A stretch of DNA of 64,000 nt. Source: Heptranchias perlo (lineage: Eukaryota). The notes below the pieces were generated by a model. That model searched no databases and was not told the DNA's origin. It worked only from the letters and a program-made list of their open reading frames with translations. The stretch is taken from assembly GCF_035084215.1 (NCBI RefSeq), contig NW_027139581.1:4216001-4280000 (forward strand), given 5' to 3'. The position numbers and the translations under genes were made by a program. Positions within the stretch are counted from its first letter, which is position 1. Each line of letters opens with the position of its first letter. This document shows positions 1-13,055 of the stretch, one piece after another.

Positions 1-490
1 TGTGTATGGAAGCGGTTTTCTTATGTTAGGGTTAAGGGGTCTGGTAGTGGAAGCACCTTTAGTCTGCATTTAGCTTGTGCTGTGAATAAGCTGGAAGGGC
101 GGAATATAGAAGGTTAACGGGTGATTTGAATGAGATTTTTAAGATTTTGAAAGGAATTGATAGGGTAGATAGAGAGAAACTTTTCCCGCTGGCGGGGGAG
201 ACTAGGACAAGGGGACATAACCTTAAAATCAGAGCCAGGCCATTCAGGAGAGACGTTAGGAAACATTTCTTCACACACCGGGTGGGAGAAGTGTGGAACT
301 CTCTCCCACAAAAAGCAGTCGATGCTCAATTAATAATTTTAAAGCTGATTTATTTTTGCTAGCCAAGGGTATTACGGGATCTGGAGCCAAGACGGGTGGA
401 TGGAGTTAGGATACAGATCAGCCATGATCTCAATGAATGGCGGAACAGGCTCGAGGGGCTGAATGGCCTCCTCCTGTTCTTGCGTTCCAA
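1..490 (+). mobile_element. CR1 LINE 3' end
   Basis: ORF2 C-terminus (KLFPL...TRGHNLK...HFFTHRV..WNSLP) plus 3' UTR. Confidence 0.9.
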
Positions 491-593
491 CGGAATGTTG
501 GCGCATTGGGTCTCCAAAGGGAACATATCCTGCTCCCGACCAACAAAAATAATTCAATTCCCATACATTTGACTCGTTAACAGAAAAAGGGTC

Positions 594-599
594 TTTATT
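594..599 (-). terminator. Secretory-form polyadenylation signal AATAAA
   Basis: TTTATT on the + strand, 33 nt past the tailpiece stop. Confidence 0.75.
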
Positions 600-632
600 T
601 GCTTTTAATTAAGGAATTGAAAAAAGATAATC

Positions 633-1024
633 TCATTGACAAGAATTCACGGTGTCCATCAGTACAAGGGAAATGTTCACAAAACTCGGTTTACCGCTCG
701 ATTTATTAACCGTTCTGCTCATTATCTTCAAGGGAATGGCTTCATGTCCGACCACACAGGAGTAAGAAGCACCGCTGGTCCAATCCTCCGTCTTAATGGA
801 TAACATGCTGTACATGAAGAAGGAGCTACTGTCGTTCTCCGCCATCACCTCAGTGTTCTTGTAGCCGCTGGAATTCAGCGTCTTGTTATTAACGGTCCAC
901 TTGACAAAGATCTCTCTGGGAGAGAAACCTCTCACTAAGCAGGTGAGGGTCATAGACCGCTGAGCGGAGATTTCTTCTGCTAACGGGAGGAGGACAAACA
1001 CAGACGGTTCCTGTGAATTTGGAT
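633..1024 (-). CDS. IGHM: IgM CH4 plus secretory tailpiece exon
   Basis: Acceptor ttctgtag|AT. ...[17 protein letters not shown]...[11 protein letters not shown]...[24 protein letters not shown] with tail sequon NIS and penultimate Cys. Internal donor G|GTAAAC at 695/694 for the membrane form. Confidence 0.96.
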
Positions 1025-1394
1025 CTACAGAAAAAAATGTTTGGATATTAATAAGTGAGAGGCGATCATAGAGGGAATAAAGCGCAGCTTTAGGTTGTGA
1101 AGATTCACTTTGCACTCGGAGATATCGTTCCCTTGCCTAATTTTAAAAACTCTGTTTGTTGCTTTGTGCACGAGTCACTTAAGGTGACATCTCTCCTCTC
1201 CTCTACGTGCCTTGAGAAGGCCATCGTTTGAGAAATGTAACTGAGTGGCTTGTAGATAATTTGAGAGGACAACTCCATCGTCCTGGAGCAAAGCCACATG
1301 TGGCGAAGATCGCATAGGGGTGATAGCCTCCCTTCGGATATAGACAGTAAAAGGAAAATGGACAAAAAGTTCGGATTTTTAACAGTCAGTTCAG

Positions 1395-4300
1395 GAACAT
1401 AGGAACAGAAGGAGGCCATTCAGGCCCTCGAGCCTGTTCCGCCATTGAATTATAACATGGCTGATCTGTGTCTCAACTGCATTTACCCGCTTGGTTCCAT
1501 ATCTCTCAATAACTTTTATTACAGTATCATAATATGGTACAGCACAGAAGGAGGCCATTCGGCCCAACGTACCTATTCCGGCTCTTTGAAAGTGCAATCC
1601 AATTATTCCCATTACCCTGCTCTTTCCCGATAACTGTCCATTTTTTTCATTTCAAGTATTAACCAATTCCGTTTTGAAAGTTACGATTGAATCTGCTTCC
1701 ACCACCCTTTCAGGCAGAACATTCAGATCATTACATCTCGGTGCGAAAAAAATGTTTCCTCATGTCGCCTCTGGCTCTTTTGCCAACCACTTTAAATCTG
1801 TGTCCTCTGGTTACCAAACCTTCTGCCACTGGAAACAGTTTCTCCTTATTTACCTGATCAAAACCCTTCATGATTTTGAACACCTCCATAACATCTCCCC
1901 TTAACATTCTCTGTTCTAAGGAGAACAATCCCGGCTTCTCCAGTCTCCAAATAACCGAAATCTCTCATCCCTGGTGCCATTCTAGTAAATCTCGTCTGCA
2001 CCCTCTCTGAGGCCTTGACATCCTTTATAATGTGTGGTGCCCAGAATTGAACACAACACTCCAGCTGAAACCTAACCAATGATTTATAAAGATTTAGCAT
2101 AACTTATTTGCTTCTGTACTCTGTGCCTCTATTACAAAAGCCGAGGATCGCATATGGTTTATTAACAGCATTCTCAACTTCTCCTGCCACCTTCAAAGAT
2201 TTCTGTACGTACAATCCCAGGTCTCTCTGTTCCTGCACTCCGTTTAAAATTCTACCATTTAGTTTATATTGTGTCTCTTCATTCTCCCTCCCAAAGAATG
2301 CAACACTTCATACTTCTCTGCGTTAAATTACATCTGCCATGTCTCTGCCCATTTCACCAGTCTGTCTATGTCCTCCTAAAGTTAGTTGCTATCCTTCACA
2401 TTATTTACATTTCCGAGTTTCGTGTCATCAGCAAACTTTGTAATTGTACCCAGTATACCCAAGTCCATGTCATTAATGTATATCAAAAAGAGCAGAGGTC
2501 CTCATGCTGATTCCTGGAGAACACCACTCTATACTTCCCTCCAGTCTGAAAAACTACCGTTCAACAATACTCTTTGCTTTCTGTCCCTTAGCGACATAGG
2601 AAAGAAAAGGGGATGAGTTCCTGCGGTCAGTGTTTCCGGAGCCAGGGAGGAAGTTGAAAAGCAGGACCTCAAAGGTAGTAATCTCTGGATTACCCCCAGT
2701 GCCACCCGCTGGTGAGTACAGAAATTGGAAGATAAGGCAGGTTAATGCGTGGCTACAGACATGGCGCAGGATGGATGGCTTCAGAGTCTTGGGGCAGTGG
2801 GACCAGTTTTGGGATCGGAGTGCAAGGGTGGTGGAAGCAAATTCAATCGTGGCTTTTAAAAAGGAATTGGACAAATACTTCAAGGGAAAAAAATTGCACT
2901 GGTACTGGGCAAGCGTGGGGAAATGAGACTAACTGGATTGCTCTTTTTAAGAGCCGGCAGGGGCACGATGGGCCGAATGGCTTCCATCTGAGCTGGAACC
3001 ATTCTATGATTAGCCAATTTTGCATCCACGCTGCCGCTGTCCCTTTAATCCAGGGGGCTTTAATTTCGCTTACAGGTCTATTATGTGGTACTTTATCAAA
3101 TGCCTTCTGGAAGTCCATATACACAACATCAACCACATTACCCTCATAACCCTTCCCGTTACTTCATCAAAGAGCTCAATCAAGTTATCAAACACGATTT
3201 TCCTTTAACAAATCCGTGATGACTTTCATTTACCAGCCCACAATTTTCCAAGTGCCAATTAATTTTGTCCCGGATTATTCTCTCTCTAAGTTTCCCCACC
3301 ACCGACATTCGGCTGACTGGTCTGTAACTGCCGGGTTTACCTTTTTGAACAGGCCTGTAACATTTGCAATCCTCCAATCCTCCGGCGCCATTCCCATGTC
3401 GAAGGAGGATTGGAAGGTTGTGGTGAGAGCCTCCGTAATTTCCACCCTTACTTCCCTCAGTAACCGAAGTTGCATCCCATCTGGACCGGGTGACTTTTCT
3501 ACTTTGAGTACTGCCAATCTTTTAAGTACCTCGTCTATCTATTTTTATCCTATCCCATATCGCTACTGACCCCCCTTTTACTGTTACAGTGGCAGCATCC
3601 TTTTCTCTCGTGAAGACCAATGCGGTGCATTCATTTAGTACCTCAGCCATGCCCTCTTCCTCCAGATGAAGATTTCTTTTTTTTGTCCCCAATCGGTCCC
3701 ACCCTTCCTTTCACTACCCTTTTGCTTTTTACATCTTTAGAAAAGACTTTTGGGTTCCCTTTTGTGCTGGCCCCTAATCTATTCTCATATTCTCTTTGCC
3801 GCTCTTATTTCCTTTTTCAATCTCCTCTGTACTTTCTGCATTCAACTTAGTCCTAAACTGTATTCTGTGCCTTACATTTGTCATAAGCCTCCTTTTTCTG
3901 TTTCATTGTAATCTCTATATCATTAGTCATCAAATGAGCTCTAGTTTTGGATGCCCTTCCTTTCCCCCCGTGGGACTGGATGTGAACCATTACCTCCTTG
4001 AAGGCCTCCCATTCTTCAATTACTATTTTGCAAACCAATCTTTGATTCCTATCTACCAGGACTAAGATCCCTATTTAACTCACTGAAATTAACCCTCCTC
4101 CAGTTAAATATTTTCACATTAGATTGTTCCTTGTCCTTTTCCATGACTATTCTAAATCTAATGATATTATGATCACTGTTCCCCAAATGCTCCCTCACTG
4201 AATCATGCTTCACTTGCCCCACTTCATTCCCAGAACTAGATCCAGCATTGCTTCCTTCCCCGCTGGGCTGGAAACACATTGTTCAACAAAGTTCTCTTGT

Positions 4301-5380
4301 ACACATTTCAGGAATTCCTTCCCCTCTTTGCCTGATACATTGTTACTGTCCCAGCCTATATTGGGATAATTGAAGTCCCCATTATCACTAATCTATCGTT
4401 CTTGCATCTTTCCGTAATTTGCCTGCAAATTTGCTCCTGTATCTCCTTCCCATTATCTGGTGGCCTATAGTACACACCTAGTAGTGTAATAGCTCCTCCA
4501 TTGTTCTTTAATTTGACCCCCCCCCCCCCCCCCCGCGCTCACCTTCATCATCACTTTCCCGTGCTATAATAGTTTATTTGATCAATACTGCCATTCCTCC
4601 TTTCTTTCCTTCACTATCTTTCCTGAAAACCGTGTAGGCAGGAATATTAAGTACCCATTCCCCCCAATCTTTGAGCCATGTCTCTGCTATTGCCATTATA
4701 TCACAGTCCCATGTGGCGACTTGAGCCTGCAGCTCACCAACCTTATTTACCACGCTACGTGCATTTACACACATGCACTCGAAGCTCATCTTAGACTGCC
4801 TAATTTCCCCCTGTATGATCCCTCCTATTTCTGAAGTACTCTTTGCTCAAGTGCTATTTGTCCCTCCCAGTCCTCTGTGCACCTTGCTTCTTCTCTATAA
4901 TATTTCATCCTGGTGCCCACCCTATTGTCAAATTTGTTTAAACCCTCCCCCATAGCAGTAGTTAACTTCCCAGCTCTGTTGAGGTGCAACCCGTCCACCT
5001 TGAACAGATCCCTCCTGCCCCACAACTGCTCCCAATGTCCCAGGTATCTGAAACTCACCTGCTGCTACATTTGTCCAGGCGATAGCCTGTCTTATTCGGC
5101 TATTCCTTTACTCACGAGCGTTTGGCACTGGGAGTAATCCAGATTTTACTACCTTTGAGGTGCTGCCTTTTAACTTCCTCCCTTGCTCCTGAAACACTGA
5201 CTGCAGGACATTTTCCTTCCTATGTCATCGGTTCCCACATGGACCATGATTTCTGGCTGTTCCCCTTCCCTCCTCAAAATGTTCTGCATCTCTCAATGTT
5301 GTCCTTTACCCTGGCACCAGGGAGACAACACGCATGCAGGACGCACGACGGCGCTTGCGGAAACGCCAGTCTATCTTCCT
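1395..5380 (-). mobile_element. Decayed near-full-length CR1 LINE (ORF1, APE and RT fragments) plus an extra tail; interrupted at 2592-3010
   Basis: Fragments DGLHLN (ORF1 esterase), NARS...AETWL (APE), [30 protein letters not shown]. Confidence 0.9.
2592..3010 (+). mobile_element. Internally deleted CR1 (ORF1 fragment fused to 3' end)
   Basis: KVVISGLPPVP...VNAWL...GF (ORF1) runs directly into VVEANSIVAFKKELDKY and the 3' UTR. Confidence 0.75.
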
Positions 5381-5384
5381 GAAC

Positions 5385-7850
5385 ACAAGAACATAAGAAA
5401 TACGAGCAGGAGTTGGGCATACGGCCCCTCGAATCTGCTCCACCATTCAATAAGATCCTGGCTGATCTTCAACCTCAACTCCACTTTCCCGCACGATCCC
5501 CATATCCTTTGATTCATAGAAACATAGAAAATAGGAGCAGGAGTAGGCCATTCGGCCCTTCATGCCTGCTCCGCCATTCAAAATGATCATGGCTGATCGT
5601 CTAACTCAGTGCCCTGTTCCCGCTTTATCCCCATATCCCTTGATCCCTTTAACATTAAGAAATATATCTATCTCCTTCTTGAATACATCTAATGACTTGG
5701 CCTCCACTGCCTTCTGTGGTAGAGAATTCCAGAGGCTCACCACCCTCTGAGTGAAGAAATTTCTCCTCATCTCGGTTCGAAATGGCATATCCCGTATCCT
5801 GAGACTGGGACACCTGGTTCTGGACTCCCCAGCCAGCGGGAACATCCTCCCTGCATCTAGCCCGTCTTGTCCTGTTAGAATTTTATATGTTTCGATAAGA
5901 TCACCTCCCATTCTTCTAAACTCTCGTGAATATAGGCCTAGTCGTTCCAATCCCTCCTCATACGCCAATCCTGCCATCCCAGGAATCAGTCTGGTAAGCC
6001 TTCGTTGCACTCCCTCCATGGCAAGGACAGCCTTCCTCAGATAAGGAGAACAAAACTGCACACAGTGCTTCAGATGTGGTCTCAGCAAGGCTCTGTATAA
6101 CTGCAGTAAGATGTGCCTGCTCCTGTACTCAAATCCTCTTGCAATGAAGGCCAACATACCATTGGCCTTCCAAACTGCTTGTTGCTTTCAGCGACTGGTG
6201 TACAAGGACACCCGGGTCTCGTTGCACCTCCCCTTTTCCCAAACTGTCACCATTCAGATAATAATCTGCCTTTCTGTTTTTACAACCAAAGTGGATAACC
6301 TCACATTTATCCCACGTTATACTGCATCCGCCATGGTAGTGCCCACTCACCCAACTTGTCTAAATCACTCTTTGCACCCTCCTTACAGCTCTAATTCCAC
6401 CCCAGCTTTGTGTCGTCTGCAAACTTGGAAATGTTACATTTAGTTCCCTCATCCAAATCATTGATATATATTGTGAATAGCTGGGGCCCAAGCACTGATC
6501 CCTGTGGTACCCCACTGGTCACTGCCTGGCACCCGGAAAAAGACCCGTTTATTCTTATTCTCTGTTTCCTGTCTGTCAAACAATTCTCAATCCATGCCAA
6601 TATATTCCCCCCAATCCCATGTGCTTTAATTTTGCACACGAACCTCTTGTGTGGCACCTTATCAAAAGCCTTCTGAAAATCCAAATACACCACATCTACT
6701 GGTTCTCCCTTATCTATTCTACTAGTTACATCCTCAAAAAACTCCAGTAGATTTGTTAAGCATGATTTCCCTTTCATAAACCCATGCCGACTTTGTCCGT
6801 TCACGTGAATGCCTTCCAAGTGTTCTGTTATCACATCTTTCACAATAGACGATAGCATTTTCCCCACTATTGATGTTAGGCTCACTGGTCTGTAATTCCC
6901 AGTTTTTTCTCTCCCTCCTGTTTGAAATAGTGGGGTTCCATTTGCCAGCCTCCAGCTGTAGGAACTGTACCAGAATCCATGGAATTTTGGAAGATGATCA
7001 CCAATGCATCCACTATTTCAAGGGCCACTTCCTTTATTACTCTGGGATGCAGATTATCAGGCCCTGGGGATTTGTCAGCCTTTAGCCCAAATGATTTCCG
7101 AAGCCCATTATCTTTTTACCAATAATTCCCCCAGATTCAAAAATTCTATCTATCTCAGCCTTGAATATATTCAACGACTCAACATCCACATTCCTCTGGG
7201 GTAGAGAATTCCACAGATTCACAACCCTCTGAGTGAAGAAATTCCACCTCACCTCAGTCTTAAATGGTCGACCCCTTATCCTGAGACTAAGCCCCTTAGC
7301 TCCAGCCAGGGGAAACAACCTCTCAGCATCTACCCTGTCAAGCCCCCTCAGAATCTTATATTTTTCAATGACATCAACTCTCATTCTTCTAAAATCCAGA
7401 GAGTATAAGGCCATTCTACTCAATCTCTCCTCACAGGACAACCCTCTCATCCCAGGAATCAATCCAGTGAACCTTCTTTGCACCGCATCGAAGGCAAGTA
7501 TATCCTTCCTCAGAGAAGGAGACCGAAACTGTAAGCAATGCTCCAGGTGAGGTCTCAACAAAGCCCTGTACAAATTTAGTAAGACTTTTGAAACCCCTAT
7601 AACAACTGCATTTCTTTCGCTCGCCGTTCAGCCAAGACTTCCATGGTGCAGTGGATTTGCTCCGATTGCACGCAATCCAGCAACAAACTATTAATCTCAG
7701 TTTTGAAATTTCCAATTGACCTCCAGCCTCAGCAGCCTTTTGGGGAGAGAGTTCCAGATTCCCACTGCCGTTTGTATGAAGAAATGTTCCCTTGCATCAC
7801 CCCTGAACGACCTAGCTCTAATATTAAGGTTATGGCCCCTTGTTCTGGAC
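5385..7850 (-). mobile_element. Stack of CR1 LINE fragments
   Basis: RT motifs [23 protein letters not shown] and FADD; several ORF2 C-termini. Confidence 0.9.
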
Positions 7851-8039
7851 TCGCTCAGTTTCTCCGGTGTCAGCCAGCGAATTTACAGGCTTATTGAGTT
7901 CAATTTCGCTACTTGCCGTGGTGGGGGTAAAAGAGTTTCCTCTAATCCAAGCTCTGCAGAGGGGACCGAGAAGTGAGAAAAGCCTTTCGTTCGGAATAAA
8001 AGAGTTTCCTCTCCATTTTGTCCATTTACCAACTTTATT

Positions 8040-8425
8040 GTTTATTCATTCCCGGGATGTGGGCGCCTCTCGTGAGGTCGGCTTTTATTGCCCATCCATA
8101 GTTGTCCTTGAGAAAGTGATGGTGAGCCTTCTGCGTGGCCCGCTACAGTCCGTGTAGTGAAGGTACTCCCACAGTGCTGTTAAGAGGGAGTTCCGGAAAT
8201 TTGAATGGGACAATGAAGGAATGGCCAAATCGGGATGAGTTGTGATTTTAAGGTGAACTTGGAGGCGATGGTGTTCCCATGCACCTGTTGGTAGGGGTCG
8301 CGGGTTTGGGAGGTGCTGCCAAAGAAGCCTGCACGAGTTGCTGCAGTGTATCCTGTAGATGGTACACACTGCAACCACAGTGAGCCGGTGGTGGAGGGAA
8401 TGAATGTTTAAGGTGGTGGATGGAC
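8040..8425 (-). mobile_element. 3' end of a second LINE family (same family as 38785-39750)
   Basis: VAVCTIYRIHCSN...QHLPNPRP matches the ORF at 39138-39743. Confidence 0.8.
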
Positions 8426-8535
8426 TAAACTATGCCATGGGGATAGACTATGCATATATTTAATGAATAGAAGTCATGTACACGCACTGAGAAGATTCAC
8501 AATGTGGCACTTGTTGCTGCAACGTCACTGCTCAC

Positions 8536-8844
8536 CTCGTTCCTTGTGTATGGACGCTCTTTTAGGAGTTGGAAGATCCTGATGGCTCACCACGCAATAG
8601 AACGTATCCCCACTCAGCCACGCTTGTGTCGAGATGTCTACTTTGCTGATCAGACTGTCGGAGCCCTCGCCAGGTTGGACGGCAATCTCTGATTTTAAAG
8701 GCTGCTGTTCTCTGGTCCAGGACACGTTGACCCCATTCGGAGCATCAGACACGACACAGGTCAAAGTCACCGTCGCCTCCAGTAAAACCTGTTCTTGTGA
8801 TGGTGGCAGAATAGTGACTTCTGGTTCACCGGGTGGAGGACAAT
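8536..8844 (-). CDS. IGHM: IgM CH3 exon
   Basis: Acceptor tcacag|[35 protein letters not shown]...QAWLSG...[13 protein letters not shown]; donor G|GTGAGC. Confidence 0.95.
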
Positions 8845-9271
8845 CTGTGATAGGAAAATAAATGTGAACCGATCTATTCTCTGGAGAATTGTGATGCGAA
8901 CGTTCAGCCTTTATTTGATTAAAGACAAGGAAAGTCATTTTTACTTTGGGCGATATGGACTCAGCCTCCCATTATACAGTGCGCCTGATTTTCCGGGCCA
9001 CTAATCAGGAATGTGACCATTAGTGATTCCCCCATTCCCTGGAACAGTTGTGTTGAAGCACAGCTCTGACGCTCTACTTGCGCACCGCCTGATGTCGGCT
9101 CACTGAGAACTAAACTGGGACCAGGTTCGCAGACTGATCCGATGACATGGCCGCAGAGGAATCCCTTCTGGGGCGAGACTCTGGAACGTCTGCAGTGCCC
9201 ACTGAACTGTAACAGAGGCAGAGAGAGTCAGGCCGTCCAGGAGATGGAAGCAAGTAACTAGATACTCGGTA

Positions 9272-9705
9272 AAGAAAGAAAGAACTTGCATTTATCCAGC
9301 GCTTTTCATCACCTCAGGACGTCCCAGAGCGCTTTACAGACAAAAAACTACTTTTGACGTGTGGTCACTGTTGAAATGTTGGAAACTCAGCTATCAATTT
9401 GCTCACAGCAAGCTCCCACCAACAGCAATGTAATAATGACCAGGTAATCTGTTTTAGTGATGTTGGTTGAGGGATAAATGTTGGCCAGGGCACCGGGGAG
9501 AACTCCATTGCTCGCCTTCTAAATATTGCTGTGCGATCTTTAAGGTCCACCTGAGAGGGCAGATCGGGGCCTCGGTTTAACGTCTCAACAAGATGGCACC
9601 TCCCATAGTGCAGCGATCCATCAGTCCTGACTGGGAGTGTCAGCCTCGATTTTGTGCTCAAGTCTCAGGAGTGGGATTGAACCCACGACCTTCTGACTCA
9701 GAGAC
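9272..9705 (-). mobile_element. Deu-domain tRNA-derived SINE (SacSINE1-like)
   Basis: B-box-like GGTTCAATCCC head, Deu core (GAGACGTTAAACCGAGGCCCC...CAGGTGGAC) and tail ...AAATGCAAG. Confidence 0.75.
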
Positions 9706-9854
9706 GATCAATAACATCAATGATATGTTCCTAATAATTGGTGAAATAAGTTATCAGTCCCCCCTTACCCCCACCCCACGGAACACTGACTGTCAATTTA
9801 GTTCGAATTTGGCACTTAGATGTATCTGGCCTCAGCTCCCGGTTTGCCTCTTAC

Positions 9855-10172
9855 CATTAGAACTCGTGATATTTTTGCTCTGGATGCTCTTGCTCGCTTT
9901 GTGAGTGACGGAGCAGGTGTATACCGCACCGTTGAACCATTCCCTGGAGGTGATTTCCAGCCGACTATTGACGCTGAAGTTGCCGTTCTCTTCACAGGGA
10001 GGAGAGGTGACGAACCCGGACTTCACGGGCAATCCGCCCTTCAGCCACTGCACGTCGATGGGTTTTGGTCGGAATCCGGATATTAAACACACGGCCGTTA
10101 CATGTTTGCTGGATAAGATTTCCTGAGGTGAACTTTGCGTGAGGATAACAGTTGGAGGGACCGCAGGCAATC
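9855..10172 (-). CDS. IGHM: IgM CH2 exon
   Basis: PPTVILTQSSPQEI...VCLISGF...WLK...SGFVTSPPC...EWF...YTCSVTH. Tandem CAG/TAG acceptor (start 10175 or 10172); donor G|GTAAGA. Confidence 0.95.
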
Positions 10173-10288
10173 CTACTGTGGGAATTCAAGGAAACAAAGG
10201 TGATTTCACCATTTTAAAATTAAATAATTCTGTATTGGAAACATCTATTATATTTTCACATCTTAGTCGCCATCGAGCTCACACCAAC

Positions 10289-10597
10289 CTCGAAAGTGCA
10301 GCTTCACTGTCTCCCAGGCAGAACCGCTGTGCCGAACCACGCAGTAGACTTTGCTGCTCTCCATCTCTGACTCGGGGATCGTTAACTGGCTGCTCAGGGT
10401 GTAGGTTCCCTTCTTGTTGAACACTGACGGGTAGGTCATGAATCCACTAGTGATGCTTTGGTCATTTTTGGTCCAGGAAAGGATGGCTTTTTCGGGGGAA
10501 TAGTTCATCGCCAAGCACCCGACCGTCACCAAACCTTCAGTATTGGGTTCTCCACAGGACGATAGCAGGGCGAAGAGTGTCGGAGCAGACGGTTCAG
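10289..10597 (-). CDS. IGHM: IgM CH1 exon
   Basis: Acceptor ctttcgcag|CT. AEPSAPTLFALLSSC...GCLAMNYSP...W...YPSVFNKKGTYTLSSQLTIPESE...YCVVRH resembles shark Cmu1. Donor is AG|GTTGGT, with an alternative in-phase GTGAGC 6 nt further. Confidence 0.93.
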
Positions 10598-11089
10598 CTG
10601 CGAAAGAGGAACAAATTGAACACAAAAGTGAAACTCCGCGATCACATTTACGTGAAACGCCCGCATGTTTTGAATATCCGCCAGAATCTGCACCAATTGC
10701 ATCATTTGAGGATCACAAACAACAATGAAAAGTGAGCCTCTGCTGATTGTGAGGCCTGACTTGAAATGGGCTCACCGAACCCCAGTCTGGTGCATCCGAA
10801 AGTCCGGAGACAGGAAAGTCCATTCGGTCCATCAAGCTCCATCCACCCAGACTCAGTACAAGGAAATTGTATCATTGACTTCGCCCAACTCCTTGTCGTC
10901 ACTCCAATAACGAGGACATATTCTACCCCCTCCCTGTTCTCAAATAAAGTTCAGGCAAAAATATTAATATCACAGGTCTGGAAATTCTCCCAGGCTACTC
11001 CCTGTAAACGGAGTTTCCACTCCACTTCCCACGAAGCCTCGCAGGCGGAGCGGGAGCAGCTCTGACGAATTTCTCGGCATGTAAGTCTG

Positions 11090-11500
11090 AATATCCATCG
11101 AGGCCAAGAGGGGGCTAGATAAAAAATCAGGCGTATACGTTTAGAGGAACTGTTAGCAGCAGGGATGGAAAGTTGGTTGATCCACAGGAAACACAGAGAA
11201 ACGGTTAACGTGTCCTTCAGATTGGAGAACGGCTGGAAAGTGAAGTCCTCCTGGTGTCAGTATTCGGGGCACTTCTGTTTACCTACATTCGATGGTTTAC
11301 ACTTGGCGACAGGGAATAAAATCTCGAAAGTTGCTAACGACAAAAAAGTACATGATTTGGCAAGCAGCGAGGAGGAATGTAAAAATCTTCATGAAGACAG
11401 AGGCAGGATAGGAGAATGGGCGGGCATGTGACAGATATAATTTAGTAAGTGTGCAGAATGTGGGACTGTATACTCAGGGATATGAAATTAAGTGTTCGGA
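11090..11500 (+). mobile_element. Old CR1 RT fragment
   Basis: ISKVANDKK...LHEDR...EWA resembles the CR1 ISKFADDTK region. Confidence 0.55.
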
Positions 11501-11554
11501 TATGCAAACAGATCTAAAGTGCGAATATATAATTCTTTAAAATGCGATTGTACA

Positions 11555-12650
11555 CCAACAACATCTTGCATTTCTATCGCGCCTTTATCGTTGTAAAACG
11601 TCCCAAGGCGCTTCATAGGAGCGATTATCAAACAAAATTTGACACTGAGGCCCATGAGGAGATGTTAGGACAGGTGAACAAAAGCTTGGTCAAAGAGGTA
11701 GGTTTTAAGGAGCTTCTTAAAGGGGAGGGAGAGGTCGAGAGGCGGAGAGGTTTAGGGAGGTGATTACAGAGTTTAGGGCCAAGACAGCTAAAGGCACGGC
11801 CACCAATGGTGGAGCGATTAAAATCGGGGACACGCAGGAGGCCAGAATGGAGGAGAACAGAGACCTCGGGGGTTTGTAAGACTGGACGAGGTGACAGAGA
11901 TACGGAGCGGTGAGGCCCTGTCGGACTTTGTAAACAAGGAGAAGAACTTTAAAATCGAGGCGTACCCGGACCGACAGATAATGGAGGTCAGCGAGCACAG
12001 GGATGATGGGTGAATGAAACTTGGTGCGAGTGAGGATACGGGGGCAGCAGAGTTTTGGATCAGCCCAAGTTTATGGAGGGTGGAAGTTGGGAGCGCAGGG
12101 GAGCATTGGAATAGTCAATTCTAGAGGCAATAAAGGCATGGATGAGAGTTTCAGCAGCAGAAGAGCTGAGGCAGGGGTGGAGACGGGTGATGTCATGGAG
12201 GTAGAAGAAGGGGGTCTTGGTGATGGAGCGGATATGTGTAATATATTTGTAACTTTGCTAAGGGTCATTTCAGTAATGTGGCAGGGGCAGAAACCTGATT
12301 GGAGGGGTTCAAATTGGAGGAGTTGCGGGAAAGATGAGGACAGAGACTTGGGAGGCGACAACACATTCAAGGGCCTTGGAGAGGAAAGGGAGGTTGGAGA
12401 TTGGGCGGTAGTTTGCAAGGACAGAAGGGTCAAGTGTGGGTTTTTTTTTTGTAGGGGGATGATGAGGGCGGATTAGAAGGGGAGGGGGACAGTACCTGAG
12501 GAGATGGAACCGGTAACAATATCAGCTAACATTTATCGTTAACAATATTAGCTAACACTGGGGCAGGAAGGGAAGTTTGGTGGTCAGCAGTTTGGTGGGA
12601 ATAGGGTCGAGGGAGCAGGAGGTGGGTCTCATGGACAGGATGAGAAGTGA
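11555..12650 (-). mobile_element. L2-like LINE fragments
   Basis: LADLHYL.VR.RLDFKVLLLVYK...APYL and FEPLQSGF...TEMTLSKVTN motifs. Confidence 0.75.
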
Positions 12651-12775
12651 GATATTTAAATCATTCTTTGGCAGCAGCGCAAAATCGACGATAACGAATT
12701 GCAGCCCATTTTGCAATAAAACCAACTTTCTTTTCTATTTAAATGAAGAGGAATTTGTTCAGTGTGGCTGTGATA

Positions 12776-13055
12776 TAGGGGCAGAAATCCGCCTTGGGCA
12801 GTGGGGCAAAGGGGGCGGTATCGAATCGGCCGCCTGTTTGTCGCCCCGCCTGATATTCTCTCCCATTGAAGTATAATGGGACGTTGTTGCAATCCCGCCA
12901 GTTGTGAGCTACCGCCCATAGGGTATCAATTCATCATGGTCTGTGGTGCAAAACGGGCGACAGCCAATCGGTGACCCGTTTTGCATTGCCTTAAATGGAA
13001 AAGAAACTCGGGCAGGGGGAAAACGAGCTACCGATTGGCTGTCGTTGATTTTGCA
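12776..13055. mobile_element. Palindromic MITE-like element hosting the tandem array
   Basis: Inverted arms GACAGCCAATCGGT / ACCGATTGGCTGTC; the right arm continues after the array at 14381-14390. Confidence 0.5.

Noticed and set aside
1025-8535. Extra constant exons in the 7.5-kb CH3-CH4 intron (IgW-long or IgNAR-like)
   Set aside because: The interval is almost entirely LINE fragments; no Ig-domain ORF is seen.
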